This document shows positions 36,001 through 48,277 of a stretch of 64,000 nt of DNA, in pieces. The first letter of the stretch is position 1, and the number at the start of each line of letters is the position of its first letter. The notes under the pieces are model-generated. The model had not been told where the DNA came from. It was given only the letters and a program-made list of their open reading frames with translations, and did not search any database. The stretch is from Takakia lepidozioides (Eukaryota; Plantae; Bryophyta), in NCBI GenBank assembly GCA_030704615.1, contig CM060733.1:54498001-54562000 (forward strand), in the 5' to 3' direction. The translations under genes and the position numbers were made by a program.

Positions 36001-36678
36001 ACATCTGTTGGTCTGGCGGAGCCTCCGGGAAGTCCTCGGGCTCCGACTCCCAAAATTCCTCCCATTCTTGTGCGGCCTCACTTTCAGAAGCATGAATCAC
36101 CTCTTCCAATTGCCGCTTCGGTGACACGTCGCCCCCATCGGGCTCACCAGGATCATCATCTTTCGGGCCGTTTCGCTTTCGCTTTGTCTTGCCCAACCCC
36201 ATGATGAGGCCGATCTCAAGGACGATTGCGTACTGAACTCTAAGCTCTGATACCAAGTGTCGCGCACATCTCTTCGGTAAGCTCCCCTTCAAGTCATAGT
36301 TACTCGCTTTGATACGCGCGCCTAACTCCCAAACTGGCCGTCGGGCCAACTCGGAGCTTCGGCTGCTCACCGAGACATAACGGTCCCCCTTTACTCCTCC
36401 ACAAGACCCTCTCCCAATTTGGGCCTAGTGGAAATTCCCTTTGGTCGATGGCAGTCCGGAATAGCTCCCCACACATTGGTCGCTTTCCGGCTCGCACGCT
36501 TACTCACTAGTTTTTGGTCACCAACGGGCTTGCACCGTTCTTGGGGTTACTACTTCCTATATATACTTCTGTGACTGTCCGCGGGGGTTTCACAAACAAC
36601 CCAGTCATTTTATGGCGAACCACCACGAAGACCCTCCATTCCCGATGATGAGTCGTGGTGAGTCTTGGCCCACCCACC
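30011..36678 (-). mobile_element. Defective Ty3/gypsy chromovirus: 3' LTR 30011-30737, gag-pol ~31638-36200, PBS 36244-36255, truncated 5' LTR 36258-36678
   Basis: tRNA-iMet PBS TGGTATCAGAGC; gag knuckle [14 protein letters not shown]; protease [10 protein letters not shown]; RT YIDDIL; RNase H DASDFAIGGVL; integrase with GPF; chromodomain YEVEAVL...YLVKWK; PPT-like ggtaggggtgtg. Several stops/frameshifts. Confidence 0.95.
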
Positions 36679-36679
36679 C

Positions 36680-37495
36680 TCGGGCACGGCCTGTCACAGC
36701 CCCTCACAGCCCCTCACAGCCGCAAAGGCCTCAGGCACGGCCTATCACAGCCCCTCACAGCCCATCACAGCCCCAAAGGCCATGGGCACAGCCTGTCACA
36801 GCCCGTCACAGCCCACAGGCCTCAGGGCACAGCCTGTCACAGCCCCGCACAGCCCCACAGGGCACAGGGCATAGCCTGTCACAGCCCATCACAGCCCATC
36901 ACAGCCTCAAAGGCCTCAGGCACGGCCTGTCACAGCCCCTCACAGCCCATCACAGCCCCAAAGGCCATGGGCACAGCCTGTCACAGCCCGTCACAGCCCC
37001 ACAGCCCCAGGGGCACAGCCTGTCACAGCCCCAAACAGGCCTGGGCACAGCCTGTCACAGCCCCAAAAGGCCACTGGGCACAGCCTGTCACAGCCTGACA
37101 CAGCCCGTCACAGCCCACAGGCACAGGGCACAGCCTATCACAGCCCATCACAGCCTGTCACAGCTTGCCACAGCCTGTCACAGCCCGTCACAGCCCGTCA
37201 CAGCCGCAAAGGCCTCAGGCACGGTCTGTCACAGCCCCTCACAGCCCATCACAGCCCAAAGGCCATGGGCACAGCCTGTCACAGCCCGTCACAGCCCCAC
37301 AGGCCTCAGGGCACAGCCTGTCACAGCCCCGCACAGCCCGTCACAGCCCCAAAGGCCACTGGGCACAGCCTGTCACAGCCTGACACAGCCCGTCACAGCC
37401 CCACAGGGCACAGGGCACAGCCTATCACAGCCCATCACAGCCTGTCACAGCTTGCCACAGCCCGTCACAGCTTGCCACAGCCTGTCACAGCCCCA
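36680..37495 (+). repeat. Minisatellite of 9-11 bp CACAGCC-core units with higher-order structure
   Basis: Units cctgtcacag/cccgtcacag/cccatcacag/cccctcacag. Landmarks aaaggcctcaggcacgg (~36724, ~36909, ~37208) and aaaggccactgggcac (~37066, ~37351). Confidence 0.95.
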
Positions 37496-37499
37496 CACA

Positions 37500-39378
37500 T
37501 GGCCGCTCTGGCAGTTTAGCCATTTCTCCAAGGGGTTTAGCCACGCCAAGCTAGGGTTTGTGTCTCTTGGACTCTAGGCTTCTTTCCACCGAGCTATGGT
37601 GGCTGTGAGGAAATCAGCAAGGTATCCTTGCTCTTTCGGCTCCCACACACCACCATAGTAGCCCTAAGCCATGAGGTGGTTGCCACAAACCAAGCCTTCT
37701 TTCTCACTTAGCCTCCCCAAACACGCCACTAAACTCAATGGCAAACAACCAAGCCCTGCTGGTTCCCAGCCCTTGTGAGCACTCATTCAAGTACTCTCAT
37801 TGGCCATAACATCTGTCTTAGAGCCTATTCCAGCCCTCTACACCTGTTGCTTCAAGAGTTGCGCTCCCTTCAAGCTTGAAGTTGAAACCCCAACTCACAT
37901 AGGCCCTACAAGTGCTTTTCTTTCACTCCAAGTGGAAACCAGCCCTAGACCTTCCGTTCTAGCTCTCTAAGGCTTGAAAACAAGAGCCTCAATGGGCTGA
38001 AGGCATGCTCCACACATGCCCCACTCTCACCATAAGAGAATCAGCTCCTTTGCTTCATTTCTTGCATCCACAAACCTGAAAATACAAGCTTCAGCAGGCT
38101 GAAAGCATGCTCTACATGCCCTACAGGGAAACCAGCCCCTTCCTTCCTTCCTTGCACTCCCACACCTAAAAGTGCAAGCCTTCACCAGGCTGACAGCATG
38201 CTCCACACATACATTGCCCTCACATAAGGGAAGTCAGCCCTTCCCTCTTCCTTGCTTGCCCTCCAAGCTTGAAGATGGAAGCTTCAATGAGCTGAATACA
38301 TGCTCCACACATGCAACCTCTTCACACAAGAGATATCAGCCCCCTATCTTGGCTCCTGGCTCCTTGATGCTCTCTATGACAAAACTAAGCACTCCATAGC
38401 CTTTGCCAAGCTCCTGAAACCCTAAGGCTTACATTTCCAGCCACAAGACACTTCTCTTGTGGTGCAAGAACTCTTCTTCCAAGCTCTGAAACCCTAGGTG
38501 CACATTCCATGGCCTTGCCACACCTCTTAGCTCCTGTTCCAGCCCTGCTCTTGCCATGACAAGAGCCCTCTCAATGCTGAAGCTCGAGATTGAAACCCAA
38601 TCTCACCATACTCCACAAAGTGCACTGATTTGCCCCAAGCAAAATCAGCCCTTTCGCTTGGTCTTGCAATCCTTCACACAATGAAAGCTCGCATTCCCAA
38701 GTCCAGTTCTCAGCTTTGCCACCAAAGCCACTATAACCTGCTCTTGACTGGTCCTCTTCCCAATCGTGCTTGCTCATGCATGTACACAATCTGAAACCAT
38801 CAAGGTGCTCTGAAATTACCTGCAGCATGGTGCTTTCATCTCTGAAGCTGAAGATCGAATGCCAAGGTCTACCACCTCGTAACCCACATCGCCTCCGCTT
38901 CTAACAACCAAGAGCTCCATGGTGCTCCTTGCATAACAACTTGGTTTCTCTCAATCTCAAGCAAAAACCACAAGTGCTACAACTAACTCGTATCTAGCAC
39001 TCATAGATACGAGCTGATCTTTCTCGAGTGATAAAGAAGAAGAATACAAGCACAAGCTCATGCAAGCTCACAAAGCTGAAGCATAAACTCATGCATATAT
39101 AACCTCATCACTCAAATACAAGTCAAGCCAAGTGCACCCCACGCCATGGGGAATCCACACTACGGCGCCATAGCTAGGCGCGGTGAGGCTCAACTCGAGA
39201 AAGATGAGCCTCCCACGCTTGCCGTGAAGATAACCACTCCAGGGCCTAAATCTGCCTTGACCCCTGGATTGACACTTGGGCCAATCCCAAATGTCAATGT
39301 GTAAAAGCTAGCTATTTCCTAGCTAGTTTCACACTAGTGGTAAAATAACTTGACACAATCCTTGTGATATACCCTCAC
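37500..39378. mobile_element. Unclassified non-coding repeat-like block, possibly a long LTR/UTR of another retroelement
   Basis: Strong strand skew, repeated catgctc(c)acacat (~38004, 38105, 38197, 38299), aaaccctag motifs, no ORF. The right boundary is a guess. Confidence 0.4.
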
Positions 39379-39820
39379 GTTTTCATTCATGGACCATCTT
39401 CTAATGTGATGTACTAGTCTGATGAGTTCAAATTCTGATGTACTAGTCAGCTGAGTTCAAATTCTAATGTTTGCTAAGGCCATTCGCGTGTGGAAGGCAC
39501 ATGAACCTGTACAATTTTGGTTCACCCTACCAAAATTGTAAACATGGCGATCAACATCAACACCAGCCTTCTATCAATGTCCAAGTTATCCGTGAAGTCT
39601 CAAAATCTGTGAGTTCACTGTCTTTGCAATCCCATATGTAATCTATTGTGATGTTGTCCATCTTGTATTGTCGTGAGATCACATTATTAGAGCATTTTTT
39701 TGTTCTTTTTGGTGGGGGCAGGAACCCCGAGAGTTTTACTAGAATTATTGAAGGACCTATCTTCCTCCTACAGTTCCACAGTACTGATGATGAGCTAAGG
39801 GCTGCATTGTCACTGGGTCC

Positions 39821-40030
39821 TGTTGGAAAACCATTGGCGTGTGGTCAGGCTAGGGATTGAACCTAGGACCTCCCCCATTCCGGCGGGGTACTCTACCACT
39901 GAGCTACCCGTCCCGTTCTGTTCTCAAAGTGTCGTGCAAGGGCTATAACCTTGACACTCCAACACTCCCCCTCAAGGCATAGCCCTTATAGCTAATTGCC
40001 CACCCATTCTGACCACCGCCCCAAGGAGAA
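39821..40030 (-). mobile_element. Helenus-type TRIM fragment: 144-bp LTR (39821-39964) with tRNA-like sequence, PPT and short internal region
   Basis: TGTTGGA...TCCAACA inverted termini; PPT AGGGGGAG (39965-39972) adjacent; tRNA-like cassette inside; left flank GGTCC. Confidence 0.75.
39842..39913 (-). tRNA. tRNA-like (pseudo-tRNA, anticodon GGA) Pol III cassette inside an LTR
   Basis: GGACGGG-TA-GCTC-AGTGGTA-GAGT-A-CCCCG-CCGGAAT-GGGGG-AGGTC-CTAGG-TTCAATC-CCTAG-CCTGACC-A. A and B boxes intact; mismatches in acceptor and anticodon stems; TTTT ~11 nt downstream. Confidence 0.8.
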
Positions 40031-43000
40031 AAGACGATGAGTACTCTAGCATACAACTATGCTAACTATATAGAAACAGAGACAAAGATAGGTTTCTGGA
40101 GAGACACACTTTATTCCAGAGAGAGATTGAAAGAGATTGATTCAATGGCCTGAAGTGCCTACTTAAATACACAAACCTCAACTTTAGATATTTATATTTG
40201 AAATCCTAGTGCTATTCTTATCTGCACTCCTCTGCCTTAAATTCTCTGTCTGTCATGACATGAATAGCAAAAGCATCTAACAATATCCAACTTGCTATCC
40301 AGGGAGCATCAGTTATACTGAAGTGAACAAACTCTCTAACACTCCCACTTTGTGAATCTTCATTGTTCACATAACCCTAGCTGCAATCTGCATTGTTCCA
40401 ACTTCGGTCTTGGAACACCTTTTGTCAAAATGTCAGCTGTCAGCTCCTCTGTCTTACAATAATGAAAGACAATCTTTTGCGCAAGGACTTGCTCCCTCAC
40501 AAAATGATGCTGAATATCAACATGCTTGGTTCGAGCATGAAAGACTGGGTTTTTAATCAAAGCAAGGCTACCTTGGTTATCGCTCTTGATCGGGGTTGCC
40601 TTCTCTTGGATGAAATTCAGCTCATTCAAGAGTGTTCGCAACCACATCGCCTCCTTTGCAGCTTGGGCAGCTGCCATGTATTCAGCCTCTGTAGTGGACA
40701 AAACAACTGTAGGTTGTTTTTTATTATTCACTAGAAGAGAAACCGGCTTTTTCCACGGCTATGTCATGTCACACCTGACACATTCCACGACTTTTATCAC
40801 GGGTCTGTATACTGAGCCAAGGTGTGGGTCTAAATATGCCCTAACTGTGGGGTATCTCACATGTGGTCCACACCCAAGGCAAGAACGGTGTGAAAACAGC
40901 CATGAGCGTGGCAGGGGTTGGCTTAGTTTATATGGCATGTTACACACCTGTGTGAAATGAGACCATATAATTATTTCCACTGATTGTGGTGTATGGATTT
41001 AGTTGTACTCTGCTGCAAATGGAATAAATCATGAACTTCAGAAATCTGCCCTCGGAAAGACGAAGAGGTGGTCGTCGCACTTTGCAATGTAAACCGAATG
41101 CAATGTAAGCTTCACAGTCCTCATATTATGATTGAAGGGAGTCAAATTAAGTGTGGCCATATCAGTGCAAGGAAATAAATATGAATCATTCAACATTGTA
41201 AAATGAAAACAAGGTAGAGTTATTACATGGTACCTTTAAAACTTGTTACAGAGTGCAAAAGGTTTAATTTTTTTTGCAAAAGTTACTTGTAGGGTTTGCA
41301 AAAGTTTATTTATTTTTTAAATTTGCCCATCCCGGTAGCTGTGAACAGAGGGTTGGGACTTAGAGCGAGCGAGCGGGAGAGAGAGAGAGAGAGGGCTGCG
41401 ACTTAGAGCAGCAAGCGGGAGGGAGGGCAAACATGGGAGGCCCACAGTTGGAGCAACCTTCGTATCTGAAAAACAAGCAACCCGACAAACGCTACGGTAT
41501 GTGTGCGAGGACTAGGTGTCGGCTGAGAGCTCGCCGTGCTGGGGAGAGTCAGCTTGGTCTTGGGTCGAGGACAATGTGGTGAGGGCACCTTCTTCTTCGA
41601 CCTATTTCAGCCTGTTTTGCGCTCTCAGCAGACTCAGCCTTGAATTTGCAGCACGGAGTAGAGCTGGCATGAGTTTTTAAAAATCATTCACGATGGTGGG
41701 ACAACCGCAATCATAAGGTGTGGCTTTTTCTTAATGTACGATGTGAAGAAGTTTGTCCAGCTGATTGCGCCATTGCCCAAAGTAAAGGCATAACCTATGG
41801 TGGACTTCCTACTATCCAAGTCCCCACCCCAATCTGAATCACAACTGCCTTCCAAAACAACACTTGCTCCAACCTTAAACTGCAGAACCATCTCTTGAGT
41901 CCCCTTCAAATACCTGAAGATTCTCTTGACTGCTTTCCAATGAGCAATCCCCGGATTTGCCATAAACTGACTCACCATTCCAACTGCAACTGCTATATTT
42001 GGTCTAGTGCTTGTCATAGCATACATCAGACTGCCAACAGCTTGATAGTATGGAACCTCAGTCATCTCATCTTGCTCCTCCTTTGTCTGGGGCTCATGTT
42101 GTTTGGATAACCTTTTTCCAACTTCCAGCGGAGTAGAGATTGGGTTGCAATCCTCCATATTGAACCTCTTAAGGATCTGGCTAATGTAATGGGCCTGACT
42201 GAGTGAAAAGGTTCCTTGCACTCTATCCCTTATGATCTGAATGCCTAATAGGTACTTTTGTTTCCCCAAGGTCTGTCATTTGAAACTCAGAAGACAAGAT
42301 CTTCTTGATTTCATTGACCTTGTCCAGTGATTTTCAAAGCAAGATTAGATCATCTACATATACTGCCAAGATCAAAATGCTCTCTCCAGTTCCTAGAACA
42401 TAGACGCTATGATCAGAATCACATCGCAGGAATCCATGTTTTCCTAGGAAATTATCAAACCTCTGATACTAAGCTCTTGGTGCCTGCTTCAACATAGAGA
42501 GACTTGAGAAGCCTGCAAGCAAGTGTTTGCTCATTCTCCTTCACTTGCAACTCCTCTGGAAGTTGCATGTAAATCTCTTCTTCGAGCTCACCATTGAGAA
42601 AGGTGAGTCTTTACGTCCATTTGATGTATTTCCAAATCATGGATTGCTCCAAGAGCCAACAACGTGCGAATGGAGACAAACTTAGCCACTGGAGCAAATG
42701 TTTCATTAAAATCAATGCCTTGTGTTTGAGCATACCCCTTAGCCACTAATCGGGTCTCTCCACTTCTTCTCCAGCATTTCGCTTGATGCGGAAGACCCAC
42801 TTACAACCAATGGCTTGTCTTCCAGGTGGTAAGGTAGCCAACCTCCAAGTCTTTTCTCTTTTAGACTGCTTCCCATTCTTTGGCTTGGTCTCCCATTCTT
42901 GCTTCCTTAACATTCTTGGGCTCCTCCATTTCCAAAATATTGGCCGCTTCATCCTCAACAAAGCTTCCAAAGATCTTTGTGTGTTTTCTGATTCGTTCAC

Positions 43001-45278
43001 CTCTCCTTGGCTGTGCACAACTCTGCCACTATAGGTTGAATGGATGGTAAGGGCTCCACTTCAGTTGCCCGTTGTTCCACTTCTCCCACTGGTTCTTGTG
43101 ATCCCAAAGGATTCCAAATCTCTAATGGCAGCTCCTCCTCAAAGCTTGATTCCGGAATCTATTCATTAGTCCCTGGTACTTCTGTAGCTTTCTCCAATGC
43201 CACTACAACTGGCTGGTCACCATCTTTCTCTTCTTAGGATCCCATAATTTGTAGTGTTTGCCATCCCCTGAGTACCCAACAAAAATGCATCTTACACTTT
43301 TCGGCTCAAGCTTGGACCTAGTCTCTTTAGGCTTGTGCACATAAGCTACACTTCCGAAGACTCGTAGATACTTAATTGATGGTTTTCTTCCAGACCATGC
43401 TTCCTCTGGTGTTGCCCCTATCACAGCCTTGGTGGGGCATCTATTCCTGATGTAAGCAGCTGTCACAACTGCTTCTGCCCAAAACATGTATCCAAGACCC
43501 TCATGATGTAGCATACATCTAGCACTTTCAACCAAAGTTCTATTCATCCTCTCAGCAACCCCATTTTGTTGAGGGGTATATGGTGCGGTGAACTGCTGAT
43601 GAATTCCCTCTTGCTTACAGTACTGACGAAAATTACCAGAAATGTATTCTCCTCCATTATCACTTCTGAGTTGCTTGAGCTTGCACCCACTTGAAGTTTC
43701 TACTATGATTGCACTAGGAAGGTATGGTGCTACTTTCTGAAGCAAAAAAGTGAGGTGCTAAGTAAGTTCAAGGAGTTCAATGTGACAAAATACTTACAGC
43801 CTCCCAAAGAGCTGTTCTTCATGGATCCACATATATCGGAGTGCACTAACTCCAAGGGCTTAGAAGCTATGTTTGCTTCACCACTTGCAAAAGGAAGTTT
43901 CTTCTGCTTGCCAAGCAAGCAACCTTTGCAACCCTGTAGATTAGCTTCACATGGCCTAGCGTCCATTCCATCCACTAGATCAAGTTCTCTTCCAAGATGA
44001 GCATATTCATCTAACAACTCTGAGCTACAAAGCAATCTGTATAGTCTACCATCCATCACAGCTTCTGCTATGATCTGTCCAGAATCATCTTTGATCCGAC
44101 AATTTCGGCTACTGAACTCAACAAATAAGTTCTTGGCTGTAGCCTTACTGACTGAGAAAAGGTTCTTGGCCAAACCTGGCACAAATAGGACATCATACAG
44201 ACGACCCTTTTCTACCTTGTTGTTGACTAACATGTTAATAACTATAGATCATTTTCCCACAACCTCTTGTATCGAATTATCTCCCAAGTAAATCCTAGTC
44301 TTAGGAATCTCCTTCAAATCCGAGAATAATTCTTTCTGAAAAGACATATGTTGTGATGCACAAGAGTCAACATATCAGCTTCCATATTTTGAAGATTCTG
44401 GACCTGCAACAAAAGCATTATGAACTGTATGTGCTTGCCCCTTCTCTGCGGACCTCTTTGGATGCAGGCATTCTCGTGCCCAGTGGCCGGGTTCATGGCA
44501 ATTGTTACAGTTGCCTCTCCGCTTGAACTTTTTCTGTGGTTATTGCCGTTTCTGTCCATATGACTCTTGTTTGGGTTTCCCCTTCAGCTTCTGTACATAA
44601 AAAGCTTTTTCATCACTTGAAGATGTCCCTCCTCCCTTCATCTTCAACTCCAACTCCTCATGCAACAACTTCCCACTTACAAGTTCCAACGTCAAAGCAT
44701 CTGTCCTACTCTCTAGAGCAATAATGAGGTTGTGATAGTTCTTTGGCAAGCTTAATAACAAAATCATTACTAACATGCCATCACTCACTGACTCTCCCAC
44801 TGCATCTAGCTGTAGTGACAATTCTCTAAGCTTATTGATGTGACTTGTCATGGTGTCTCCTGACTGCATTTGTATGTTCATTAGTTGTCTTAGAAGGTAT
44901 AGTTTGTTTGCTAATGCCTTTTGCTCATATTGAGCCTCCAACCATCCCATGTCTCTTTAGAAGTTGTAGCTGTACGCACATGCATCAATTCAGAGTCCTG
45001 TAAACTTAGAACAACTAAGGCCTCTGCCCTCTAATCCCTCTCATCATATTGCAACCTATTTACAGCATCACTTTCCCTTTACTATGTTCCAAAGCTTTCT
45101 CTCTTAGCACCATGGACATCTTGAACTTCCATAGATGGAAGTTCTTCTCACCACCAAATTTTGGGAGCGACGTCTGCCTTAAATTCTATGTCTATCATGA
45201 CATGAATAGCAAAAGCATTTAGCAATATGTGCTATTCATGGAGCATCAGTTACACTCAAGTGAACAAACTCTCTAATA
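40031..45278 (-). mobile_element. Defective Ty1/copia retrotransposon; 3' LTR ends 40341, 5' LTR remnant 45172-45278
   Basis: gag (ANKLYLLRQL, CNNCHEPGHWAREC), protease (YVDSCASQH), integrase (LRSDNGGEY, PQQNGVAERMN), RT ([19 protein letters not shown]), RNase H (STTEAEY, RTKHVDIQHHF); PPT AGTGGGAG at 40342-40349; matching LTR ends ..gaacaaactctctaaca/ata; right flank GGTCC 45279-45283. Confidence 0.93.
40729..41750 (+). mobile_element. Non-autonomous CACTA-like insertion splitting Copia RNase H; only one terminus recognisable
   Basis: Starts CACTAGAAGAGAAACC where the Copia frame ISWT|NKKQ is broken; ~1 kb non-Copia sequence; no TAGTG at the right junction. Confidence 0.65.
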
Positions 45279-45447
45279 GGTCCCATGAATTGAATTAATA
45301 TAATTTACTTCAGTTCCAGTGCAGATTGTTTATACTCAGAAAGTGTTGCATATTTTTCACTACACCTCATGTAGCAATGATAAACTTAAAGGATTGACCG
45401 CTGACCGCTGACCGCTTCGCAAAGCGAAGTGTACACAATGAAGACTC

Positions 45448-47080
45448 TCACAGAAGAAAACTCTCACTCATTCTAGATCCCAAAGTGTTCTTCTGTGGGA
45501 GGAAGACAGTGGAATCGATCCAATCAAACATCTGAACCTTCACAAGACTGGTAACGGCATGGTTGGCGTAAGCAACACCTAGCTCTTCCCCGACATGCTT
45601 CTCCCAACAGAGGACGTTGGGCTCGCAATCGGGAAGCGCATATGAAGCTCGAACAGATTCTTTCCAGCTCACGTCAACTTTTGGGTCTTCAGCAAGATAG
45701 TTCTCATCATTCAAGTACTTGGACAGTTTCAATGCCGAGAATATCTTCTCTGAAATTTCATTGCTGAGGCAAGGAATGCGCTCGGTGAAGTATAGGGGGT
45801 CGATTGGAAATTCGTAGCATGCGATAATGTCTACCTCCACTCCTTGGGCCTTCAATATTCGGTATGATTTCTGAATCCGCGGAGAGAATCCTGGTGCGAT
45901 ACAGTCCTTGGGCATATGAATGAAGAGAGTGGGTGGATATGTGTCGATTGCAGTTTCAATCAATTCATATACTCCATTGCCGTTCATAAGCACCTTCACT
46001 CAGAAAATGTCAGATACTTACAAGGCTGCAAATCAGTTAAACAAATTCCGCAGTCAACCCACCTTGAGCTCCCAGATGACATTCTTGGGACTCCCCAGTA
46101 TGTACATTAGCACAAACCAAGCAAAGGCTGTGAGTAGCCCCCATGAGCTTTGCAGCTAATCCTTGTGCAAATCAGCGAGAGCAAATTGAATAGTAAGAGT
46201 GACGACTGACAAGTAGTACATAGGAGACCTTGCAGGACGTCATGAAATGACCTTGATCCTTTGGGATCGAAATTATTCACCAATCCTTGGATTCCGTAAT
46301 TTCATCTAATCAGGTTTGGAGGACTGTCGAGTGACTTACCAGAGACCGTATATTCAGGAAGAGTGCCATCATGGATGTGAAATTCCCTCCAGCTGAGTTC
46401 CCCGTGGCTGCCAGGGGCAACATCTCCAGTGAATGCTCGTGACTCCATTCACTCAAGATTTTGGTAACAAGGACTTTGTCTCCGGAGGTCTCTGGCGGCC
46501 AGCTCTCCCATTGCCCTTCAGCGCTTTGGATGGCAATGCAGGCATACCCACGAGCGAGCCCTTCTAGAACAATTGCCCTGTCCTCTGGGAGGCCATAACA
46601 GGAGGGACAGTTGGGCGACCGATCAAAGTAGCTCAAGCATGTACATCCTCTACCATGAGCTAGAAACAAAATAGCCTTGGGGTTCTTGGGAATCTGCCAC
46701 ACCACATCCACACCATACCTTACCTGGTGGGTAGGATCAAATCTTGGGTCTGTGGGGCACGACTTCTCTCCGAAACTGCTAGTCGAAAAAGCCGCTGAGT
46801 CATAGTACAGTTGAGGTGAAAGCTCAGTTGAGGATATAGAGAACTTCTGGCTAGAGAAGAGAAGAGATCCAGGGGATGCCCCTGCTACCTGGGCTCCCAC
46901 CACCATAACGATTGTAAGCAAGCTCACCACTCTGAATAAAAGAGCAACTAGCCCTAGAAACCTCGGAAACAGCAGGCCCCTGCTTCTGTAAGCAGCCTCC
47001 ATTGCTTTGTCGTGTAAGGAAAAGCTTGTCAAGACAGAAACATCGTCCTCACGACTCATTAGCACATTTGCCGCACACAT
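45448..47080 (-). CDS. Plant alpha/beta-hydrolase-fold protein with N-terminal membrane anchor (uncharacterised conserved family); exons 47080-46340 and 45993-45448
   Basis: VVWQIP..PKAILFLAHG, CPSCYGLPE, nucleophile elbow GNSAGG, YPPTLFIHMPKD, EELGVAYANH; phase-0 GT-AG intron RSL|VLM. Start uncertain (47080/47059/47002). Confidence 0.85.
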
Positions 47081-47764
47081 CGTCTCGTTTCATCTCTTTC
47101 CACCCTTGGATTGCTCAAAGAAACAACAACGTGCACAGCTCCTGGCTTGCACAAAATCCAGAGGCCACACTACCTTGAGTGCATCCTCGACATCGCTGCA
47201 TTCTTGCTGACACCCACGCACGAGAATTTCGTGATGCTCGCGTGTGTGTTGCAGTGGAGTCTCAATGTACAGATACAAAGTGATTACCTCCCTGAAGGTA
47301 GTCGCTTCAAGGATTTAATGTATCAAATTGAAACACCACTTGTACGCAGCTAAGGAGCTCCAAAACTGTCCCATTTACAAACCAACACGAGGGGACAATT
47401 CTCCCCAGTATGTATTTGCCAACGTGTCTTCTCCAAACAAAGAGATACCGGGTATTGGTTTGTGGATGCACGTTGGATGTAGACCATCCGAAAGAGGATG
47501 GGGAGGGGACTGAGATGAGGGCTTGCAAAACGGCTAAGTCCCTGCACTCCTGAGAGAGAGAGAGAAGACTCCGGCCACTCCTCATCGCAATATACACAAT
47601 CAAGTGATCCCTGGTATAGTCATAAATTTATATACTCCCATTAATCTATACATATGGACATTTGTTTTTGCATTGCAGAACACTAGGAAGAACGTATAGG
47701 ATAAGTCCATGGACCCAGGGCATTCACTGATTTTCTGGCACCTAACTCAGGCGCCAGCGTAAGG

Positions 47765-48277
47765 CACGGACAGAAATTTTTTTAGTTGACGTTATAATTC
47801 TTTGCTAACGCGACATCATTCAAGTGGTTCATCCTGTCGCGGGATGTTCACAGAAAGCCTAATGCCCGATTGGGACTTGCCTCAAACCTTCATCTGTATA
47901 AGCAGACATCCAAATACACTGCGTAAACGTTGCTTGAATAAAATCCTTTGTATCTTTGGTTGGCTTATACCTGTGAACCCTAACGCCCTAGGAGCAGTTG
48001 AATTACGCGATGGAACATAACCAGAATCCTGTAAGACCACTCCTGCCTCCCCTATTTCCGCGTCTTTTCAGCATCTTTCCGAGATCAGACGAACCAAAGG
48101 AAGCGGGAAGCAAAGAAGATGCCGCAGTGGGGGAAGAAGCCTAAAAGAAGTCTGGGCACCTAAAAGAAGAGACAGTGGCGAGATTTTATTCATGGAACGT
48201 TTACGCAGGGTAAGGGCCCCACGCGCGGGCCATCACACGTTCGCGCACTGGTCACACGGGCAAAATTTCTGGTAGTG
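47765..48277. mobile_element. Degenerate CACTA-type MITE
   Basis: Right end aaatttctggtagtg (reverse complement CACTACCAGAAATTT); left cacggacagaaattt (3 mismatches); no matching TSD. Confidence 0.45.

Noticed and set aside
36671-36680. cccaccct matching the empty-site continuation after CAGTG (28813)
   Set aside because: Mostly LTR sequence, and the match does not extend, so it is too short to define the deletion breakpoint.
36680-37495. CRISPR-like array
   Set aside because: No unique spacers, eukaryotic context, no cas genes.
36612-37577. 321-aa and overlapping repetitive ORFs (TACHSPSQP...)
   Set aside because: Stop-free by-products of the minisatellite, open in several frames.
39332-39346. 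CACTAGTGGTAAAAT as a CACTA terminus
   Set aside because: No partner end or TSD found.
39410-39470. 29-bp tandem duplication (also 7-bp x3 at ~45395 and 9-bp repeats at ~62210)
   Set aside because: Ordinary slippage repeats with no evident function.
39842-39913. Functional tRNA-Ser(GGA)
   Set aside because: No long variable arm, stem mismatches, C at position 33, and embedded in an LTR.
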